DNA of 64,000 nucleotides, taken from the NCBI GenBank assembly GCA_021513715.1, contig CP084167.1:3168001-3232000 (forward strand), in the 5' to 3' direction. The stretch comes from Candidatus Heimdallarchaeum endolithica. GTDB taxonomy: Archaea; Asgardarchaeota; Heimdallarchaeia; Heimdallarchaeales; Heimdallarchaeaceae. The position numbers were made by a program, and so were the translations under genes. Within the stretch, counting starts at the first letter, position 1; each line of letters begins with the position of its first letter. Below, piece by piece: positions 10,654-18,653 of this stretch. The notes below the pieces were generated by a model that made no database searches, was not told the DNA's origin, and saw only the letters and a program-made list of their open reading frames with translations.

Positions 10654-11871
10654 ATGAACAACTACTTTCTTCGTTGTATCTCTTGTAAAAAAGAATATGA
10701 ACCTAGACCAGGACTCTACTTCTGTGAAAAATGCGGTCCTATAATGGGAACACTTGAAGTAATCTATGATTATGAAAAAATAAAAGAAAATCCTGTCGTA
10801 GTCCAGAAGAGTTTTAATAAAAAAGCTTCAATGTATCAATTTGATTTTCTCTTACCAACAAAAGCAAAAGGAAAATTTGATCCCTATGTTGGAGGTACTC
10901 CCTTATATAAGTTCAATTTACTGGGTTTAAAAGATTTAATGTTAAAATATGACGGGTCTAATCCTTCAAGTTCTTACAAAGATAGAGCAAGCTCAATAGC
11001 AATAAATTTGGCTCTGGATGAAAAAAATGATACTGTTTTCTGTGCTTCGACAGGTAATGCTGCCTCTTCGTTAGCTATGCTAAATGCTCATACGCCCATG
11101 GAAACATATATTTTCGTCCCCTCAACTATACCTGGAGGAAAGAGAGCTCAACTAGAAATATCGGGAGCAAAAGTTTTCTCTGTAGAAGGAACATATGATG
11201 AAGTTTATGATCTATCTTTGGAACTTGGGTTGAAGAAAGGGTGGTATTGTAGACATGCAGCAATAAATCCTTATTTGTTGGAAGGAAAAAAAACTGGGGC
11301 CTTTGAGATTGTCGTACAAAATGATTTCAAAGTTCCAGATTATGTTCTTGTTGGCGTGGGAGATGGAACAGTAGTAAGTTCTCTGTATAAGGGTTTTAAG
11401 GAGTTTAAGGAAATAGGATTAATAGAATCGATTCCTAAAATAATAGGAGTACAAGCAGAAGGAATAGCTGCAATTAAACATGTTTTTGACAAAGGAGAAC
11501 CTTATACTCCTCATCCAATTAAAGGTTCAACAGTAGCAGATAGTATAAGTGTGGGAACACCACGAGATGTTATTAAAGCTTGTAAATATGTAGCTGAAAG
11601 TGGAGGATACTATATCTCTGTAAGCGATGAGGCAATATTAAACGCTATCTCGGAGTTAGGTAAAGAAACAGGATTGTTTGCCGAACCAGCTGCTGCAGCA
11701 CCATATGCAGGATTGAAAGAATTAATAGCTGAAGAAAAAATAAGTAGAGAGGATTCTGTTTGTGTAGTAATAACAGGAAACGGGTTGAAAGATATTAAAG
11801 CTGTAGAAGGAGTAATTTCAAGCAAATCATATTCAAAGGAAGAACTACTTAAAATGTTTAACGATTGGTAA
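10654..11871 (+). CDS. Threonine synthase-like PLP enzyme with N-terminal Zn ribbon
   Basis: CISC...CEKC, NPSSSYKDR, ASTGNAASS, EGKKT, VGDG and VITGNGLKD motifs. Confidence 0.8.
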   Translation: MNNYFLRCISCKKEYEPRPGLYFCEKCGPIMGTLEVIYDYEKIKENPVVVQKSFNKKASMYQFDFLLPTKAKGKFDPYVGGTPLYKFNLLGLKDLMLKYDGSNPSSSYKDRASSIAINLALDEKNDTVFCASTGNAASSLAMLNAHTPMETYIFVPSTIPGGKRAQLEISGAKVFSVEGTYDEVYDLSLELGLKKGWYCRHAAINPYLLEGKKTGAFEIVVQNDFKVPDYVLVGVGDGTVVSSLYKGFKEFKEIGLIESIPKIIGVQAEGIAAIKHVFDKGEPYTPHPIKGSTVADSISVGTPRDVIKACKYVAESGGYYISVSDEAILNAISELGKETGLFAEPAAAAPYAGLKELIAEEKISREDSVCVVITGNGLKDIKAVEGVISSKSYSKEELLKMFNDW

Positions 11872-11908
11872 TTCCAAAAGATATGAGAATAGTTTAAATA
11901 ATTAAAAA

Positions 11909-12145
11909 ATGATATTAATATTTATGGCAGGTTATAGAATTCTGTCTATATTTCAAACAATTTTTATTTTAGCCGCAGCAGTATCTGTATTGGACTTTGC
12001 TGTAGATTTCGGAATGAATGATGCTTTCTTTGGTAGCTCTTCATCTGATTGGTGGACAGCAATTGCTTTTTGGGCTTATATGTTTGCTGTTGTAGCAATC
12101 CTACAACTAATTAAAGCATTTACTGTAAAAGAAAGTAAAAAATAA
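11909..12145 (+). CDS. Small two-TM membrane protein of unknown function
   Basis: Two hydrophobic segments and a basic C-terminus; fills the intergenic gap. Confidence 0.55.
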   Translation: MILIFMAGYRILSIFQTIFILAAAVSVLDFAVDFGMNDAFFGSSSSDWWTAIAFWAYMFAVVAILQLIKAFTVKESKK

Positions 12146-12265
12146 ATTGTTTGATTAATAAGACTTATATCGCAAAATTGGAAACTTTGTATTAAATAGT
12201 GGTAATTGTAGCTCTATTAATCTTAAAAAATCAGAACTATAATATCTTTGAAAGAATTGTAAATA

Positions 12266-13642
12266 GTGAAAAATATGAAGTTCATACTAAATAACAAAAT
12301 AGAAGAGATAGATGCTCCTTTAGGAAGTTCAACCTTGGATTTCTTAAGAAAAAAAGGTTTTACTGGAGTAAAAGAAGCTTGTCATGAAGGAGAATGTGGA
12401 GCTTGCATGATTTTACTTGGAGAAATGAAAGGATCTATAGTAAAATATAAAGCTGTAACTTCTTGTATATTACCTTTAGGCGAAATAATAGGAAAGCATG
12501 TTGTAACTATAGAAGGAATAAATCAAGAAAAGTTAACTCCAATTCAAGAAGCTATAGTGGAAGAAGGAGCTTCACAGTGTGGATTTTGCACTCCTGGTTT
12601 TGTTATGAGTTTGACTGGATTTTTCCTAAATGAGAATTTTGTAAAAGAAGATATCTTAACAGCAATTGAAGGTAATTTATGTAGATGTGGGACTTATGCA
12701 GCAATAAAACGTGCAGCAGAAAAACTAGCTGAAAAAATAGCAGTTGATAATCTTAATTATTCAGCAAGAATTAATTATCTAATTGAATTAGGAGTTATTC
12801 CTGATTATTTTAAAGATATTCCTGCAAAATTAGAGGAATTAAATGAAAAATTAGAAACAAATGATAAAGGAATAAAAGTTGCAGGAGCAACAGATTTACT
12901 TGTTCAGAGGAAGGAGATAGGAAAACCTGTTTTTCTTAATCAAATGGAAATTAGAGACGATATCTGGGAAGAAGAAGAATATATTTACATTGGGGCTTTA
13001 GCGAGTATGGAAGATATACGTTTGTCTAAAAAGTTGAATGAACTTTTTGATATAAAAAATGATTTAACTGTTGTTTCTGCATTACCAATAAGGATTAGAG
13101 CCACCTTAGGTGGAAACTTAGTTAATGCATCTCCAATAGGGGATCTAACAATCTATTTTCTGGGGTTGGGAGCAGAAATATCCTTGAGAAAAGGAGAAAA
13201 AAGAAGAATTATAGCACTTAAAGATTTTTACAAAGGATACAAACAAATGGATTTAGAAGAAGGAGAAATAGTAGAGTGGTTAAGAATAAAATCAATAAAG
13301 CGATATTTTAATTTTGAAAAAATAGCTATGCGAAAATATGTAGATATTGCAAGTGTTAACAGCGCAATATCGTTTGAAAAAGAAGAAAATAAGATCAAGA
13401 ATGTTCATTTATCTATAGGAGGAGTAGCTCCTGTTCCTAAATATCTGGAAAAGACTTCTAGCTTCTTAAATGATAAAAAAGTTAATTCTGAAGTAGTTAA
13501 TCAAGCTTTAGAAATAGCTGACTCAGAAATAAGTCCAATAAGTGACGTGAGAGGAAGTGCAAAATACAAAAGATTGCTAGTTCGCCAATTAATTATTGCT
13601 CATTTTATGGCATTATTTCCCAAAATGGAGGTTAAATTATGA
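12266..13642 (+). CDS. xdhA: Xanthine dehydrogenase small subunit (2x[2Fe-2S] plus FAD)
   Basis: KEACHEGECGAC, QCGFCTPG, GNLCRCG, AGATDL, ATLGGNLVNASPIGD and PISDVRGS motifs. Confidence 0.9.
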   Translation: MKNMKFILNNKIEEIDAPLGSSTLDFLRKKGFTGVKEACHEGECGACMILLGEMKGSIVKYKAVTSCILPLGEIIGKHVVTIEGINQEKLTPIQEAIVEEGASQCGFCTPGFVMSLTGFFLNENFVKEDILTAIEGNLCRCGTYAAIKRAAEKLAEKIAVDNLNYSARINYLIELGVIPDYFKDIPAKLEELNEKLETNDKGIKVAGATDLLVQRKEIGKPVFLNQMEIRDDIWEEEEYIYIGALASMEDIRLSKKLNELFDIKNDLTVVSALPIRIRATLGGNLVNASPIGDLTIYFLGLGAEISLRKGEKRRIIALKDFYKGYKQMDLEEGEIVEWLRIKSIKRYFNFEKIAMRKYVDIASVNSAISFEKEENKIKNVHLSIGGVAPVPKYLEKTSSFLNDKKVNSEVVNQALEIADSEISPISDVRGSAKYKRLLVRQLIIAHFMALFPKMEVKL

Positions 13643-15897
13643 AAATAATTAAAGACTTTTTAACTCCTCACACAAAAGGAGAATCTTTGTATGTAGATGA
13701 TTTACCAGAACCATCTAATTTGTTGCATGCATTTGTTTTTACTTCAATAATTCCTCACGGAAAAATAGTTAAACTAAATTTAGAAAAAGCAGAAAAGAGC
13801 CCTGGAGTAAATAAAATTCTTACTTCTAAAGATATTCCTGGTGAAAATCAATTAGGGAGAATTATTCAGGATGAAGTGTTATTAGTAGAAGATGAAGTAG
13901 AATTCGTAGGACAACCAATAGCAATAATTTTAGCTGAAACAAAAGAACAAGCTAAAAAAGCAAGTAAGTTGATAGAAATAGAGTATGAAAAACTCCCTGC
14001 AGTTTTTGATCCAAGAGAAGCAGCAGAAAAAGGTCTATTTATTGCTCCTTCTAATACTCTTTCAAACGGAGATGTCGATGCAGCTTGGGAAAAATGTGAT
14101 GTTATTATTGAAGGAACAGTAGAAAATGGGGGACAAGAACACGTTTATCTTGAAACGCAAGCAGCATTAGCTATACCTGATGAAAATGATAAGATCTTAA
14201 TCTATTCTAGCACTCAAGCTCCCACTACTGTTCAAGGTACAACAGCAAAAATACTCGGTTTAGATATGAACATGATAGAAGTAGATGTTAAGAGAATTGG
14301 AGGAGGATTTGGAGGAAAAGAAGATCAAGCTACACAATGGGCAGCAATCTGTGCTTTAGGTGCATATCATACAAAAAGACCTGTTAAACTTATTCTAAAC
14401 AGAAAAGAAGATATACAGATGACAGGAAAAAGACACCCCTACACTAGTGATTATAAAATAGGGTTAACAAAAGAAGGAAAAATTATAGCTTTTGAAGCTT
14501 CTATTTACCAAAATTCAGGAGCAAGCGCTGATCTATCAACAGCTATCTTAAGTAGAACACTTTTCCACTCTAATAACTCCTATTTTATCCCTAATGTTAA
14601 AGTAACAGGATACCCATGTAAAACAAACTTGCCTCCTTTTACTGCCTTTAGAGGATTTGGAGGACCACAAGGTATGTTTCTAATAGAGTCAGCAATTGAT
14701 AAAGCTGCAGAAGTAATGGGTCTTCCAAAACATGTTCTACAAGAGAAAAATCTCTTAGAAGAAGGAGACGAATTTCACTATGGACAGAAAGTAGAAAGAT
14801 CAAATGCAAGAAGAAGTTTTGAAGAACTACTAAAAGAAACTAATTTTAAGCAGCAGAAAAAGGAAATAGATGAATTCAATCAATCGAACAAGTACATGAA
14901 AAAAGGTCTCTCAATCATGCCAATTTGCTTTGGCATTTCGTTTACAAGTACTTTTCTAAATCAAGCAGGCGCGCTAGTGAATATCTACAAAGATGGTAGC
15001 GTAAGTGTAAGCACTGGAGCAATAGAGATGGGACAAGGAGTGAATGTTAAAATCAGACACATAGTTTCATTAGCTCTGGGAATAGACCCTGAAAGAATAA
15101 GAATAGAAAGTACGAATACTACAAGAGTGATCAACACCTCACCTACAGCAGCAAGTACAGGAGCTGATTTAAATGGAAAGGCGGCAGAGATAGCCTGTAA
15201 TAGATTGGTGGAAAGACTGAAAAAAGTAGCTTCAGAAAAAATTCAAGTTCAACCAGAGAAAATAGAAATAAAAGACGATTATGTGTGTGTAAAAGGAAAG
15301 AAAACAGAACTAGGCTGGAATGAACTCATAAATTTAGCATACATGAGTAGAGTAAATCTTTCAAGCCAAGCATTATATGCTACACCTAAAATATTCTTTA
15401 ACAAAGGAAGAAATAAAGGAAAACCCTTTGCTTACCACGTTTTCGGAGCAGCATTAACAGAGGTAACAATAGATTGTATAAGAGGAACATATACAATAGA
15501 TAAAGTAACAATTGTTCATGATGCAGGAAAGAGCATAAATTATCTGGTGGATCTAGGACAAACAGAAGGAGGGCTACTTCAAGGAATAGGATGGATGACA
15601 ATAGAGCAGCTAATGTACAAAGAAGGGCATATTTTGACTGATTCCTTCGCAACATATAAAATACCCAATTTACCATTCACACCAGAAATAAAGGTAAAGT
15701 TTCTGGAAAATGCAGAAAATCCAGAAGCAGTGTTAAAATCAAAAGCTATAGGAGAACCACCATTCATGTACGGAATAGGAGCATATTTCGCACTAAAAAA
15801 CGCTGCAAGAGCATTTAGGAAAGATAAAGACTGGAACTATTCAGCTCCTTTAACACCAGAAAAACTCTTTCTTTATCTATACGAAAACGAATCTTAA
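13639..15897 (+). CDS. xdhB: Xanthine dehydrogenase molybdopterin-binding subunit
   Basis: GGQEHVYLE, GGGFGGKE, TAFRGFGGPQ, EMGQG, SPTAAS and SKAIGEPP motifs; 4-bp overlap with xdhA. Confidence 0.9.
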   Translation: MKIIKDFLTPHTKGESLYVDDLPEPSNLLHAFVFTSIIPHGKIVKLNLEKAEKSPGVNKILTSKDIPGENQLGRIIQDEVLLVEDEVEFVGQPIAIILAETKEQAKKASKLIEIEYEKLPAVFDPREAAEKGLFIAPSNTLSNGDVDAAWEKCDVIIEGTVENGGQEHVYLETQAALAIPDENDKILIYSSTQAPTTVQGTTAKILGLDMNMIEVDVKRIGGGFGGKEDQATQWAAICALGAYHTKRPVKLILNRKEDIQMTGKRHPYTSDYKIGLTKEGKIIAFEASIYQNSGASADLSTAILSRTLFHSNNSYFIPNVKVTGYPCKTNLPPFTAFRGFGGPQGMFLIESAIDKAAEVMGLPKHVLQEKNLLEEGDEFHYGQKVERSNARRSFEELLKETNFKQQKKEIDEFNQSNKYMKKGLSIMPICFGISFTSTFLNQAGALVNIYKDGSVSVSTGAIEMGQGVNVKIRHIVSLALGIDPERIRIESTNTTRVINTSPTAASTGADLNGKAAEIACNRLVERLKKVASEKIQVQPEKIEIKDDYVCVKGKKTELGWNELINLAYMSRVNLSSQALYATPKIFFNKGRNKGKPFAYHVFGAALTEVTIDCIRGTYTIDKVTIVHDAGKSINYLVDLGQTEGGLLQGIGWMTIEQLMYKEGHILTDSFATYKIPNLPFTPEIKVKFLENAENPEAVLKSKAIGEPPFMYGIGAYFALKNAARAFRKDKDWNYSAPLTPEKLFLYLYENES

Positions 15898-15915
15898 GGC
15901 CTAAAGTGATCAAAG

Positions 15916-16881
15916 TTGAATGATGAAAAGTTTTGGAAAAAAATACTGTCAGAGCTTCAAAAAGGCTCAAACGTTGTTCTAGTAGAAATAATGGAAAGAA
16001 AAGGTTCAGCTCCCAATGCAGAAGGAGCAAAAATGTATGTCACATTAGAAAAATCAGAAGGAACAGTAGGGGGAGGTCTGTCGGAATACCAACTAATAGA
16101 ACAAGCGAGAGAAAAACTAAGAAAAAAGGACTTCACGACTGAAAAAGTATTTATGGTTCATTCAGAAAAAGGAGGAGAAAATAAATCAGGAATGGTATGC
16201 TCTGGTACCCAAACATTTGCGATAGTTCCGTTAGGTGAAAAGGATAAAAGTAAAGTACAAACAATAATTGATGCTTATAACAAAGCAGAACCAACAATAA
16301 TAACAATAAATGAAAAAGGAATAAAAATAGAACTGGGTAAAACATCAGAAGAACAGTATAGATTTATAGACGAAGGAGAAAAATGGACATTTAAAGAAAA
16401 TATAGGATTGAGAAATAGATTAATAATCGTAGGAGGAGGACATGTATCCTTAGCCTTTTCAAAAATAATGAAAACATTGGATTTCCATATAACAGTTTAC
16501 GATAATAGAGAAAATCTAGAAACAATGAAAAATAACAATTACGCAAACGTGAAAAAAGTGATAGATTATGAAGAGATAGGAAAATATGTAATAGAAGGAA
16601 ATAACGTGTATGTAACTATCATGTCGTTTGGACATAAGTATGACGAATTAGTTCTAGAAAAACTTATCCATAAAAAGTTCAAATATATTGGCTTGATGGC
16701 AAGCAAATCAAAGAAAAAGAAACTTTTTGAGAATCTAAAGCAAAAAGGAATATCTGATGAATTGTTAGAAAAAGTTCACTCGCCAATAGGAATAAGCATC
16801 AATAGTATAACTCCAGAAGAAATAGCAATAAGCATAGCAGCAGAAATAGTAGCAACAAAAAATGCCGAAAAGAAAAAATAA
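15916..16881 (+). CDS. xdhC: XdhC/CoxI-family Moco insertion chaperone
   Basis: KGSAP, GTVGGG, GMVCSG, VGGGHVS, YIGLMAS and SPIG...TPEEIAISIAAE motifs. Confidence 0.9.
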   Translation: MNDEKFWKKILSELQKGSNVVLVEIMERKGSAPNAEGAKMYVTLEKSEGTVGGGLSEYQLIEQAREKLRKKDFTTEKVFMVHSEKGGENKSGMVCSGTQTFAIVPLGEKDKSKVQTIIDAYNKAEPTIITINEKGIKIELGKTSEEQYRFIDEGEKWTFKENIGLRNRLIIVGGGHVSLAFSKIMKTLDFHITVYDNRENLETMKNNNYANVKKVIDYEEIGKYVIEGNNVYVTIMSFGHKYDELVLEKLIHKKFKYIGLMASKSKKKKLFENLKQKGISDELLEKVHSPIGISINSITPEEIAISIAAEIVATKNAEKKK

Positions 16882-17013
16882 CAATTACTTTCAACAAAAC
16901 TGAAAAGAATAAATATTGAATTTTTGAATTATAAAATTAATAAGAAAATGAAGAAATTTTGCATGAAAAAGAAAGAACGGTGTTTAAATCTATTTTATTT
17001 TTTTTTAACTTAA

Positions 17014-18017
17014 AAGCATGTCCAAAAATTCTTTTTCACCTACTAAACGGTCCGAAGGAGTAAAAGGTAGTTGTAACAGAGGAGAGAACTGTACAAGGTA
17101 GAGAGGATGGTGGAGGGTAAACGATCAAGGATTGGGGGATGAGAGAGTTTGAGGAGACCAAAGACGTGTTCAATACTACTACGATACTCGGGGTGATGAT
17201 TATGACGATACAGACCAGGGTAGAGACGATGAGCTTGAACTATTGGTCCGAGGGGAGGAGGAGAGGGATAACGAGCATTACTTTTTGGGGGAATAACAGG
17301 GAAAAAGGAATGTTGGCTAAGAAGTCCCACGATATTTTCTGTCCAGTAGGCACAGTCTCCATAAAATCGCAAGAAAGGTCTCAAGAGTGCAGAAGGAAGT
17401 TTCTGCCAGAGCAAACCGAAGACTTTACTATCGTGAGTGTTACTAGCAGAATGAGCTAAAGAGACTATAGCTCGAGAGGGTAAACCAACTATAAGGTGTA
17501 TCTTCCAGAAAAGTTTAGAGGTTTTCTTTAGTCCTCCTCTTGCCCACTTGAGAAAACGCCAAACAGAAGCCTGACGGATTTTAAACCCTGAACTATCCAC
17601 CGCCATAGCTTTCAAGCCTTTTTTCCTCACTATTTCCCTACCTAAATCTATTATCCACCGCTCCAGCAACTTACTTTCTGTCGCTCTCCACACTGCATGA
17701 AAAGTAGATTTGGAAGGAATCTTCTTCATCCACCCCTCTTCTATCAAAAAATCGCATAAAGCCAACTTTTCCTCTAACTTCCTCCAAGCTATTCCTTCTA
17801 TTCTCGCAATAATTGCTAAAGCCAGTATCACCCACCTTTCTGCTATTCTTTTTCTCCCTCTCTTACTTTCTCTCGGTTCCTCTTTCACCAGTTTCTTAAG
17901 GAAAGGTTCATTAATGATTATGAATTCTCTTACTTTGTGGGGGTCTATGATCTGAAAGTAAGTCATAATTCCGACATAAACCCCCACATTAATAAAAATT
18001 AATTTTTGGACATGCTT
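17014..18017 (-). mobile_element. Intact IS5-like insertion sequence, 1004 bp
   Basis: Perfect 17-bp terminal inverted repeats AAGCATGTCCAAAAATT (17014-17030 and 18001-18017), flanked by the 6-bp duplication ACTTAA (17008-17013 and 18018-18023). GC is higher than in the flanks. Confidence 0.9.
17043..17966 (-). CDS. DDE transposase (IS5/IS4-like)
   Basis: AVDSSG, KIHL, HDS, GDCAY and YRSSIEHVFGLLK (YREK-like) motifs. Start moved to ATG 17966 because the ORF-track start at 18026 lies outside the element. Confidence 0.85.
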   Translation of the reverse strand: MTYFQIIDPHKVREFIIINEPFLKKLVKEEPRESKRGRKRIAERWVILALAIIARIEGIAWRKLEEKLALCDFLIEEGWMKKIPSKSTFHAVWRATESKLLERWIIDLGREIVRKKGLKAMAVDSSGFKIRQASVWRFLKWARGGLKKTSKLFWKIHLIVGLPSRAIVSLAHSASNTHDSKVFGLLWQKLPSALLRPFLRFYGDCAYWTENIVGLLSQHSFFPVIPPKSNARYPSPPPLGPIVQAHRLYPGLYRHNHHPEYRSSIEHVFGLLKLSHPPILDRLPSTILSTLYSSLLCYNYLLLLRTV

Positions 18018-18653
18018 ACTTAACATTAATGCTAATATTAAATAAAATTAAATGAAATAGAATAAGATGAAAAAAAACAATAAAAGGATAATTACAACTT
18101 AAGTTGTAAATCTATCTGTATTTTGTTTTAAAGTCTATTTAATCTTTTAGATACTTCTTCAATTAACGTCAAATGGAAGACAAAAGAGAGAAAAAAGAAA
18201 AGAAAGAAAGTAGGAGGAAAAATATACTTGAAAAATGGCTGATATACTAGGATGATATTTTCACTCTATCTGTTCCAGTGATTTTTAGAAAAATATCTAG
18301 AAGGTATAATTATTATTGACTTAATCCAGTCGTTTTTCTTAATTGTATATTCTATTATCAAAGCGTTTCTAACTATTTGAAAAACACAAAATCTCAGAAT
18401 ACTTGAAATCTAGTTTCAGAAAAGTTGAAACTTTTTATTCTATAAGTAACTGGATGATTTAAAATAATAATGAGAAAAAAAGTATTCATTTATAAATTAT
18501 GTACACAAACAAATTGAATCTTCATCGTGAATTACTTTTTTTGTACGAAAATAAAAATGTAACGTAAAAAAGAAGTAGGAAAAAATTTTAGTTTTATTGC
18601 ATACGCAGATAATTTTAAATATTTTTTTGAGAAAATATATTTTGGGTGTTTAA

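Noticed and set aside
456-16881. Selenocysteine (UGA) recoding in the Se-linked cluster
   Set aside because: The ORFs are full length with no internal UGA; this enzyme class uses a labile Se cofactor rather than Sec.
17967-18026. Transposase start at 18026
   Set aside because: It lies outside the TIR and TSD; ATG 17966 is inside the element.
18030-18650. Long intergenic stretches (also 21500-21900, 39900-40270, 63390-63740) as ncRNA or MITE
   Set aside because: No TIRs, tRNA/rRNA motifs or convincing structure seen by eye; a covariance-model search would be needed.
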